From assembly GCF_030028105.1 (NCBI RefSeq), contig NC_092400.1, positions 23,642,206 through 23,706,205 of the forward strand: 64,000 nt of DNA. The letters are read 5' to 3'. Below, one piece after another: positions 36,901-46,300 of this stretch. A model generated the notes under the pieces. That model worked only from the letters and a program-made list of their open reading frames with translations. It was not told where the DNA came from and made no database searches. Origin of the DNA: Mobula birostris. Taxonomy: Eukaryota. A program made the translations under genes and the position numbers. The stretch's first letter is position 1; each line of letters opens with the position of its first letter.

Positions 36901-39900
36901 CCCTGTGTGTTCTGCCATGCCATTACAAACTCTAGTCCTTGTAAATGACCAATTTCAATCAAAGGAGCAGTTGGCCTTAATTTACTTGGGGTAGACAGGG
37001 GGAATGTTTGGCTAGTATTTATTTTACTCGGCGTCCCTACTGTGACTAGGGGCTGTAAGTATATGGGACCAAACAGACTGCTTGAATACCTGTCAAACAT
37101 TGCCGTTGAACTTTGTGTGAAGAATGACCACTTGGATGCTGCATCAGAAAACTACTGATACTAATGGAGTCTTGTCCCACAATAGATAATTGATCTCCCT
37201 TTCTGAAACAATCTTGTGGATGTTATTCCTATCATTAAAAAACTAGCTTTTTTTTTCATGAGAGCACTTACTGAGAATTGAAGTTCCATATTTGCATTTG
37301 ATGGGTACAGATACTCTGATTCCACTGACCCTGGCAACTTTATGCTACCTGGTGGTCATTAGTATGTTATCATCTAAGAGGTATTCTAGTGACTCTTAGC
37401 CTCCTCATTAAATGCAGTTTTGGCACTTGAGTGGATTGGGTAAATATTTCAAATCTGTGCTACATCCCACCACACACATTTTTGTGTTTTACTGTAACTG
37501 CTAAAGTGCTATGAAATTGTAGTAATTGGGAATCCACAAGTTGCCAATACAGCATTCAAAGCAAAGGTAAGTATCCTATTTTTCTATGTACAAAGGTACA
37601 AAAACTTGAAGTAGATCTAAACTTGGATCTGAACGTGCCTGTAATTCCTCATTTCTATTCATTTTAATGAAGACACAATTGGGTGTGTCTTGGTATCCTT
37701 CCAAGTAAAGGAAGCTTGGTGTAATAAATTAATAATCACTGTTTAATTGCAACACCTTTTTTTAAAAAATCCATCTGACGGGCATGTGGCAAAACAGCTT
37801 AGCTTGTCATATTAATGACCGTACTGACAATGCTGTATTTAAAACAGACCAGTTTGAAGTGTTGGTAACATGGATATTTAAATATAACCTACTGGGCTGT
37901 TTTTAAAAGAACATTCATGGGAAAATGGATGGATGGTGTGTGGTTGAGCTGCAAGCAGCTAAAAATCTCTGGGCTAAGCAGAATTAGCCTGCACCAGAGA
38001 GGGGTAGGAGGAATCAGCTGGAGATTTCACTCTATCATATTGGGAACATGTTAATGTTACCTATGGAGCAAAAGAGGTTCTGCTCTGTTAGTCTTTTATG
38101 GTTAAGCAGTTTTCCCTGCCATAAGTAGTTACTTCAGTGAAGTCCACAGCACTTATGGTCTGTACCCAATAAAACTTGAAATAGGGTGAAACTGCTCACA
38201 TTTTTCTCCCTTCATAAATTATCCATTTGATTAGTTTTTGAGTTCGGAGCAAGAATAATATTATTATTATTATTGGGCACCACAGTGGCATAGCTGTTAG
38301 CGTGAAGCTATTACAGCTGGAGGTGTTCTGTGCTTTAGAGTTCAATTCTGGTGCTGTTCTGTAAGGAGTTTCTGTACCTCCTCTCTGTGGTATATGTGGG
38401 TGTTCCCCGTGTGTTCCAGTTTTCTCAGTCCAAAGACATGCTGGATAGGTTAATTAGTCATTGTAAATTCTCCAGTTATTAGGTTAGGGTTATGGGGTTG
38501 CTGAGATGGCATGGCTCAAAGGGCCAAAAGGGCCTACTCTGTGCAGTATCGCTAAATAAATAAAAATAATTAAACAAATAAAATACTCTCGTGAGTACAG
38601 CTAAGATATAAAATTGTGCCTTTACTAAATATTCACAAATAGTTGGTCAGCACTATTTCAAAACTATCCTCTACTGGTATCATTTAACTGACCTATACCT
38701 GTACAGTCCTATCCAGGATTTAAATCTTTGAATGTTTGATAGTACAATCGATGCACAGTTACCTGTTCCTACAGCTTTTTAAATGCAACTTGGGTTCAGG
38801 GTCTGAAATCCTCAATGTATTTTCTTAAAATCATGCAGTGGGTGGAAAAATGTACTACTTAATGGTAACTTGATTGTAAGGAATTTGTTGAGGTGCACAG
38901 ATTGACAATCATTGACATTGGCGATACAGTCATTTGCTCATCTTGTGTAAAGATCCAAGTCTGCACTGGTGTCTCAAACTAAAAGTCAATATAAAATGAA
39001 GTACTACAATTAGGCTCTGCCTTTTTTGCAATGGAATTTTGAAGTTCACACTGCTGGGCCAGCGTTAGCATTTAGTTTTGTGATAAATTTGTTGACCATG
39101 TGGCTGCTGTATTTTGGGTACTTTACAAGATATTAACAAAAAGCATGTGATTGATCATACCATTTTCCCTTTCGGAATAAGGTTTTTCGTCCTCCTGATG
39201 ACGGGATCATTTCCTCACCATTGACCCTTTCTTAAATTTTCAGTTTAGGTATAGGTTTAAATGTTTGTTTTTTTAAACTTCTAATTATGGGTAGAACTAT
39301 GACTAATGTTTAAGCAGGAAAGATGAGTGCAGAGCTGTCTGGCTTTATAATAGCTAAAATTTAAATCGGTAGAAAACTATGGTTGGGTGTTGAGGGGTTA
39401 GCTTGCTTTTTATTGGGTTGAAATTTGTACATGTTACATTTAAAGGTTGGGGTGGGTATTTCCTGTTGGATTTGGAAATGGTCACACTTGTAAATGTTTA
39501 GTCAGGAAGTGAGGAGTTTACCATTTAAACGTGTTCTTTGGAAGAATTTAACTGTACAGAGCCTAAGCAGTACGATACTGCTTTCACTCCCTTGTTTGCA
39601 GGTAAGTATTAGAATGTAGTTTTTAATAATGCCAATACAGTATTTATTTTTAAATGCTTGAATATGGAAACTATGTTAACATGCTTTGTCGCATTTATAT
39701 GCTACAGGTTACAAAGTGAGAGCCTTGTTTACACTTCAATACTTTAAACTATTTTGACTGAGCCGGCAGCATATTGAAAAGTGGGACTAGACACGTTTTC
39801 TACATATGTATGGACAAAAAAATGTGTATGGTGTATGCAAGTGGAGTAATACATAAAAGCATGGTATTGTACACTTGTAATGTAAACATGGTATTTATTA

Positions 39901-42900
39901 TTTACAGTAATATGTAATTTATTTGGAAGTTTAAAAAATAATGTAAAACTAGTATAATGGTTGCTTAACAGTTCTGTTATAAAACTGCATGCACCAACTT
40001 TAGTTGTTGAGACCCTGTTACTGGCAAGTCAAACAGTGAAGGTGTAAATGGTTTTTGAGGGTGTACGAAAGATTTAGGAGAACTACTATGAAGAAAGGCA
40101 AACTCGCAGATGAAAACTGGTGAAACTTCAGAGGCCTTAGCCAGTGCTTTTAAAGAGGCACGAGTTTCATCTTTGAGCCTTAGGCTCAACTGGTACTGGC
40201 ATAAGGGATGCTTCATTTCTTCATATTTGTCCCTGCAGCGGTGTCGACCGGGGTGGCTTCAGTAAGCCTGGTGGTAAGTTTTTAGTATTAAAATGGTTAG
40301 TCAAATACATCGTGTTTGCAGTCTGTGATTTGGGGAAGACTTTTTGCATAGTAAAAAAAAAAATAACCTCTATACAAAATTCAACACTTGTGTCAACTGC
40401 CGGCATTAAAGTGGGCTTGCGTTAAAATGGGTCTCAAATTATGTGATACAGTGATGAATATGGATGTATCATTTGAGTGATGGGTTTTCCAATAAAAATG
40501 GGTTTCAAATTACCTGAGGCTGGTGATGACTAGAAAACATAGAAGTGAGTAAAGAGAGGGGTTTACGTTAAAATGGGTTTCAAATTCATGAAGACAATGA
40601 TGTATATGGAAAGTGACAAACCACGCAAATGAGGTGGTATAAAATACAGAATGGTTCACTTATTAGAAAATTAAATGGGGGAATTTTTAAAAGTAAAACT
40701 GTAGTTTTAAATTTTTACTGAAGATTTTCATATGGTATGGTCTTGCATTTGCAGTGCATCTCAGTTGAATGAGTAACCAAAAAGAAAGGTGCCGGAATTA
40801 TAGATCTAGATGTGTAAAGGTAGTGGTTTGGTGGAATGCAAAGTAATGTCATTGTTGCTTTTTCTCTCCATCCAGTACCAGCTGTAGAAGAAACTCCAGT
40901 GGCTGAACCAGGTAATGATTTTTAATGATAGGATACAGCTATACTCGGTCACTTTTTCTATATTTTTGTAATGCTCATTTCTTAAGGTAAAAAATTGGCC
41001 ATAATCCTGAATCATGAAACAGGATCAATGATGATTTTTCTGTTAACTGAAGGTCTGTAATGCTTTCCACAGTTACAGCAGCTGAACCTCCACCTCCACC
41101 ACCGGCTCCGGCTCCAGTTCCAACCCCAACCTCGACCGCGACTTCAGCCCCACAGGACGATGTGGAGAATGATACTATTTATGTGCAAGGTTTGGGGGAA
41201 AATATAACTCCAGAAAGACTTTTGGATTTCTTCAAGCAAACTGGTGCTATAAAGGTTTGTGTTGATGTGTTTTGTTGAGAGATTGTTTTTAATGGGTTTT
41301 CGAGTTTGATGATAACTTTTGCACTCTTGCAGAACAACAAACGAACTGGACAGCCTATGATCAACATATTCATTGACAAAGAGACTGGAAAACCCAAAGG
41401 TGAAGCTACTGTGTCATACGATGACCCTCCTGCTGCTAAGGCTGCTGTGGAATGGTTTGATGGTAGGTCTTCATCAATTTTTCTATGATGAAGAAAGTAC
41501 GACTTCATTCGTGTGGCAGCAATAATTTACATTCCCTTCCAACTTTAGGCAAAGAATTTGACGCAAACCCAATCAAGGTTACTATGGCCAAAAAGAAGCC
41601 TCCACCACAGCCCTTACCCCAGCTGCAGCAGCCGCCACCACCACTCTCATTTAACAATATGCGAGGTAATGTTCCCCTCCGCGATGGTAGAGGTGGTGGG
41701 CTTCCTAGAGGAGGAGGTGAGAATCTACATTACAGACCAGGTAATGCTATTTTTGCTTTTCTGTTTTAGACGAATGGTGTGAATTTACTCCATTTACATT
41801 TATGCTAACCTTTTTGATTCAGTGTCCTTTTCCTTTTTTTTAGAACTGATTTGCAGTATTAGGGGGCAGGAGTGCTAATCTGGATTATATTCATGCATAG
41901 ACACCTTTAATAAATGTTTGACTTATGTTATTTGACTATATCATTTGTAACATGATTCATAATGCTGGTCTTTTGTCCCCATCAGTTAATTATGGAGAAA
42001 ACATGAAATTTTTATTGTGAATTTTTTCTGCTGCCTGAAGTATGCATGTTCCCTGGCTTTAATTTCAGGACCTATGGGCCGTGGCGGTGGTGGAGGAGGA
42101 TTTGGAGGCCGAGGTGGCCCACGTGGCCGTGGTGGGCCTTCTGGGGGAAATACACAGCAAAGAGCTGGTGACTGGCGATGTCCTAACCCGTATGTCAAGC
42201 TTGGTTTGAGCATTTTATTTGTCTTTTTCCATGATTCTGGTAGCAAAAGTGAATAGACAATGCATATTTTTATTTTTAGAACTTGTGGAAATTCTAACTT
42301 CGCCTGGCGGACTGAATGTAACCAGTGTAAGGCTCCAAAGCCAGATGGCCCTCTCCCACCACCATTCCCTCCAGGTGAGTTAATCTCTGTCAGTCATAAA
42401 TTATTTTCATTCCATATTGCAATTAATGGAAATTTCTGGTCCTGTTTTTGCAAAATTCTTTTGAAATACTTAAAAATCGTAAACTTGAATTCTACTGATT
42501 TCATCCAATTTGTATAAATTGTGTTAAAGGCATATTGCTCCTAGAATTGAACATGTAAACTTCCAAATTCTTCTAAGGAATATCTTGGACTGATTTGAAT
42601 TCCATAGGTGATCGTGGTCGAGGTGGTCCCATGATGCGTGGTGGCCGTGGTATGGACCGTGGGGGTTTTAGGGGAGGCCGAGGTGGAGACCACCGTGGTG
42701 GCTTCCGAGGAGGACGTGGTGGTGATCGAGGTGGCTTTAGAGGTGGAAGAGGAATGCTTGGAGGACCCCCAATGGGAGAATTAATGGGTTTCAGAGGAGG
42801 ACGTGGTGGACCAGGAAAATTGGATAGGAAGTAAGTTAATCAGTGTTTAACATTGTTGCTAGAATATTTTCTGCAAAGATGTGCAATTAGTTTGACATGC

Positions 42901-43053
42901 AACCAGTTTCCTTTCAAAACTGCCCTCTGGTAGAAGGACACCTTTAATTTCCTGTAACTCCATCTTGTCTTACGACAATTTTGTCAATTGCTCATGGACT
43001 TTCTTCTTCTTAGGGGTGATCGTCGCCAGGACCGTCGGGAGAGACCATATTGA
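21948..43053 (+). CDS. EWSR1: RNA-binding protein EWS (FET family), complete, 17 coding exons, 658 aa
   Basis: join(21948-21960,25093-25129,31520-31571,31711-31834,33174-33351,34046-34210,34696-34892,35159-35339,40239-40273,40876-40911,41073-41254,41333-41462,41549-41716,42069-42189,42280-42374,42608-42830,43014-43053) = 1977 nt, all GT-AG and in frame. Contains the MASTDYSTY N-terminus, SYGQ-rich low-complexity domain, RGG boxes, RRM, RanBP2 zinc finger and C-terminal PY-NLS. Synteny with RHBDD3 and GAS2L1. Confidence 0.96.
23139..23390. repeat. Degenerate two-copy tandem duplication, period about 140 bp
   Basis: Collinear blocks ttctcca.cattgtgga (23139, 23279), ctcagagccca, tgatcagtataaa, tgtct.aaatg. 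Confidence 0.75.
25093..25129 (+). CDS. EWSR1: EWSR1 exon 2
   Basis: ttttcag|[13 protein letters not shown]|gtaagt, 37 nt. Confidence 0.95.
25424..26687 (+). mobile_element. hAT-Charlie (Charlie3/MER1-like) deletion derivative carrying LINE tails
   Basis: TIRs CAGCGGTCCCCAACC / GGTTGGGGACCCCTG; perfect 8-bp TSD GTCTAATT (25416-25423, 26688-26695); hAT dimerisation-domain remnant [20 protein letters not shown]. Confidence 0.92.
27265..27918 (+). mobile_element. Tigger/pogo-like non-autonomous DNA transposon
   Basis: TA flanks; imperfect TIRs cagatgtcccccactt / tagcggggggaacctg; C-terminal remnant [26 protein letters not shown]. Confidence 0.75.
28998..31250 (-). mobile_element. Heavily decayed CR1 LINE in EWSR1 intron 2
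   Basis: Minus-strand remnant [22 protein letters not shown]; collinear with 7600-10017. Confidence 0.85.
31520..31571 (+). CDS. EWSR1: EWSR1 exon 3
   Basis: tttgcag|[17 protein letters not shown]|gtaaga, 52 nt. Confidence 0.95.
31711..31834 (+). CDS. EWSR1: EWSR1 exon 4
   Basis: aatag|[10 protein letters not shown]...YGQPQT|gtaagg, 124 nt. Confidence 0.95.
33174..33351 (+). CDS. EWSR1: EWSR1 exon 5
   Basis: caatag|[16 protein letters not shown]...APTR|gtataa, 178 nt. Confidence 0.93.
34046..34210 (+). CDS. EWSR1: EWSR1 exon 6
   Basis: tttcag|AQDTTKQ...APPSFPPT|gtaatt, 165 nt. Confidence 0.93.
34696..34892 (+). CDS. EWSR1: EWSR1 exon 7
   Basis: aatag|[18 protein letters not shown]...SQY|gtaagt, 197 nt. 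Confidence 0.92.
35159..35339 (+). CDS. EWSR1: EWSR1 exon 8
   Basis: tctag|SYRQEQPS...[11 protein letters not shown]|gtaaga, 181 nt. Confidence 0.92.
38275..38565 (+). mobile_element. tRNA-derived SINE in EWSR1 intron 8
   Basis: A/B-box-like head, gtccaaagac body, (taaa)n tail. Confidence 0.75.
39708..39790 (+). other. EWSR1: EWSR1 intron-8 alternative terminal exon (coding part 39708-39747: [12 protein letters not shown])
   Basis: Acceptor gctacag, in frame with exon 8; the peptide matches my recollection of the human short EWSR1 isoform C-terminus ([12 protein letters not shown]...). Confidence 0.75.
40239..40273 (+). CDS. EWSR1: EWSR1 exon 9
   Basis: ccctgcag|[11 protein letters not shown]|gtaagt, 35 nt. 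Confidence 0.94.
40412..40618. repeat. Three degenerate ~73-bp tandem repeats in EWSR1 intron 9
   Basis: aaaatgggt(c/t)tcaaatt at about 40424, 40495 and 40570, each followed by a (g/a)tgatg motif. Confidence 0.75.
40876..40911 (+). CDS. EWSR1: EWSR1 exon 10 (divergent, [12 protein letters not shown])
   Basis: Strong pyrimidine tract ending ccag; donor CAG|gtaatg; 36 nt, phase 1-1, at the expected position. Confidence 0.8.
41073..41254 (+). CDS. EWSR1: EWSR1 exon 11 (Pro-rich linker and RRM start)
   Basis: ttccacag|...[12 protein letters not shown]...FFKQTGAIK|gtttgt. Confidence 0.92.
41333..41462 (+). CDS. EWSR1: EWSR1 exon 12 (RRM)
   Basis: [43 protein letters not shown], 130 nt. Confidence 0.96.
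41549..41716 (+). CDS. EWSR1: EWSR1 exon 13 (possible alternative donor at 41740)
   Basis: ctttag|[19 protein letters not shown]...RGG|gtgaga. Confidence 0.88.
42069..42189 (+). CDS. EWSR1: EWSR1 exon 14 (RGG2 and ZnF start)
   Basis: PMGRGG...[12 protein letters not shown]|gtatgt. Confidence 0.94.
42280..42374 (+). CDS. EWSR1: EWSR1 exon 15 (RanBP2 ZnF)
   Basis: [23 protein letters not shown]...|gtgagt. Confidence 0.96.
42608..42830 (+). CDS. EWSR1: EWSR1 exon 16 (RGG3)
   Basis: DRGRGG...GPGKLDRK|gtaagt. Confidence 0.95.
43014..43053 (+). CDS. EWSR1: EWSR1 exon 17, coding part (PY-NLS)
   Basis: cttag|[15 protein letters not shown]. Confidence 0.95.
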
Positions 43054-43354
43054 AGTAGATGACCCATCTGGTTTTCTGTTTACTACAACAAATATTTTTT
43101 AAAAATGTTTTAAATTTGTAATTCCGTATTTATAATGTTGTTTGCAACAACATTACGGCAATATTTCGGTATTGTATTAGTTTTTCAGTGGATATAGCCA
43201 AGTCAGGAAGTAAATTTCATGTTAGGGTGACTTTTTGCTTAATTTTTACTTTTGTCAAGGTGAATGTAATGATGTGAACGAGATCCTGAAGAGCATGCAA
43301 AACAAAAATGTACAGTGCATAGCTTTTGTTCTGTTTATACTATGGTGATACTGC

Positions 43355-43360
43355 AATAAA
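43355..43360 (+). terminator. Probable proximal polyadenylation signal of EWSR1
   Basis: First AATAAA after the stop; TGTA motifs upstream and GT-rich sequence downstream. Confidence 0.65.
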
Positions 43361-46300
43361 AAGCTGAGTCGCTCTGTTTAGTGTGGCTTCCTGAAATTTT
43401 GCTGAAAGTAGCTTGAAATAGCATTCCACAGTGTTGAGAGTAAATACACAAATTGCAAAGTTTGACACTGAAATGAGCTTCTGCAGCTTCATTAAAAAGT
43501 TCAACAGCTGTTTAAAAAAATGTTGCACGAGTCTCTTTGCAAATTCCATATGCAGTTATTACTATAGAAAATACAAAAGTACACTGGATATTTCTTTACT
43601 TCCCTGGCCCCTCAAAATGAGTGTTTTTTTTGTATATTTTAATGGACTTTAGCAGCAAATGAAATGCTTATGGAAAATAGATAATGTGAAAACACTTTCT
43701 ATTTGAGTTGTGGAGTGCCCACATCTTTAGGTCACCTGAATAAATTTAGTCACTTTTTTCAGTGATTAATACATTTTAGCCATGTTAATTGTACACGCAT
43801 TGCTGCTTTTCAGTGGTCAGTCTGGCTGACAATAGGTATTTGTACATTTGACCTATTAATCTAGTAATGAGATTGAGCATTCAGGTTTACTTTGACTTGA
43901 GTATTGATGTGGACATATTCTGACTGATTTGACAAATTGTCCTCTGTCTTTTAAATCTAGCTACACCAATTTTTAGTTGCCTTATCTCAAATATTAACTT
44001 GTCAGTGGTAGATATGGACTGGTAACTTGTCATTTCAATGAATATTTGACATTCCAGTGCTTGATAACTGTTGCAAACTTAACTGTGGATTAACTCTGGT
44101 CAGAAATGGTGCACATCAGTCATTGGTATAAGTCACTATTTGAAGATCTGGCTGCTGTAACGGAGATTGTATATTTAAAATTACATCTGGAAAAAAAAAT
44201 TTGTTATGGTAAACAGCCAATTGGAACATTGAGATTTGTAAGATTGAGCTGCATAGGCATACTGTTTAAATACTCCTTTCACAACAATTTATTGACTATT
44301 GCTTAAAGATCCTATGAAATTTACAGTTACACTTGCAGAATGTTGTATAATAAAGGTGATGTGCATTATGATTGTGAATAATGCTTGCCACACGTAGTCT
44401 AGGCACAACATATAAAGTTGACTGTCTGGATCCATTTCAAATCCCCACACACCATTAGAGTTCTGTATTGCTGTTATTTTTCTAAGTGATTAAACTTGAT
44501 TAATAAAGCTTTTCTTTTGGCTGAGGTGTGATTGGTTCGGTAATGTGTGTTATTGCTTCTGAATGCAGCCTTAGCCTATATTCTGGTTAGCTTTGCCGGA
44601 GTTGCAAATTCCTTGCAGGTTGAGCAGCCAGTCCACCTTCAATACACAGATAGCCCGTTTGAAATGATAGCTGATTTATTTTAGTGCTGATTGTATTGTG
44701 GCCTATCTTGTTCCCTACAGATCCCATGGCCGCCACCTTTCACAATCAGTAATTTGTTAAGTTTTGAGAATTTTGCTCAACTATAATTTGTTGCTTGGAA
44801 ACAAAAAATGTTCTTCAACACCAAATATCCTACCCAATGAGTGCATTGTTCTTGTTGAAATGTGCTTATTTTTCTTGATAACTTCTAACTTGAAATGTTT
44901 TTTGGAAGGTATCAGTAAAACAGCTAAGGGGAAAGCCCCTTCTAGGATGCATAAATTTTTACCCTTTTGTCATTTCTTACCTGGTTGGTGTATATGAGAC
45001 TGCCTTATTATCATAAACTAAATGAGAAATGGCTGTCATAATATTCAATAAAGTTTGGATTAAGCCACATGGGTAGGATTGTAATATCGCTAGTGAATTG
45101 TTATAGCATTCTTTTTGTACACTTGATCTTCAAATCCAGATTCTGGTAACCATTAAAATTATTACTTTGAAATTTCAGGTAATCTTTGTTCACAACATAT
45201 CAACCCCTTAAAGTTGTGAATTTGTCATAGAAGTTGGTTTCTACCAGGTTTGTCATCTGTATTAGTGTTGCTGTTAGTGGGAGAAGTTTTCTCCTTGTCT
45301 TGCCCCTTTGCTTTCATCTCAATAACTAGCACTTCTGTATAATTTAGAAAAGGTCAAGCAACATTACTAGAGCATACCAGAAATTAGCCCAAGATCCCAT
45401 AACATGACAAGCTAGTAGGCAAAAAGTGTAATGACAATGATTTTTCAAAACAAATGATGTAATTAACTGTGTAATACTGCAGCTGAAACGTGCAGCTATG
45501 AAAGAAAGCTGCAGATCAAACTAACTTAACAATTGAAGGTGTAAGATGCACTTCATACATCAATTAACAGTAAATACCTGGCCACTTTTGGTTGAGGAAA
45601 ATTTAAATAATTAATAGGGCCACGAGACACTTTGTATCTGGCTGCAGCACTTTCAAAGGTCAACCAAAGCTTCATGACATTTCTTGGAACTAATGCTGTA
45701 TTGAATGTAACTGAGATTGTGTGTGGCCTTGTGCAAGGTGATGCTGGCTGACTCAACACATGTAAAATGATCCGGCTTTCAGAGCAAAGGTTTGCTGAGA
45801 AACCTAAGCATTAAAGACAATATGCCATCTCGGGGAAAACTAGTCAGTAAATACCTTAATGCCTTGGTATTTAGTAATGTGGATTTGTAAAGTTTAAGGA
45901 GGCAGCAGTAATTTATGTTCAGGCCAGATTACAAACTAGACTTTGAACTTTCTAAAATTGCGGTTAATTAAAACTGCAGAATTATCAAATTACAAATAGT
46001 GGCTGTCTTTGTTTTTAAGTGCAATGTTAAGTTATTGTGTTACAGCAGAGTTTCCTTTGGTGTTGGTCACTATAAGCATCTAATAGATGAAAAACTGCTT
46101 CAGTGTTAGATGGATGAAGGCAGCTTTTGAAGTATGCGTGCACAATTCCTCAGATATGCCATTATTCACACTCTTGATTATGTAGTGTTCCACTCATGGG
46201 CTTTCTCACATGTGAACCATACATATTATAGCATGTAATATAACCATTCAGCAGTAAACACTAGGCTTTCTGGAGAGAAAACTAACACAGGTTACTGATA

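Noticed and set aside
40412-40618. CRISPR-like repeat-spacer array
   Set aside because: Eukaryotic intron, only three degenerate units, related inter-repeat sequences and no cas genes
41027-41050. C/D snoRNA (ATGATGA...CTGA) in intron 10
   Set aside because: The boxes are far too close together and there is no terminal stem
21948-43053. FUS or TAF15 identity for the FET gene
   Set aside because: The MASTDYSTY N-terminus, 17-exon layout, AWRTECNQC finger and RHBDD3/GAS2L1 neighbours indicate EWSR1
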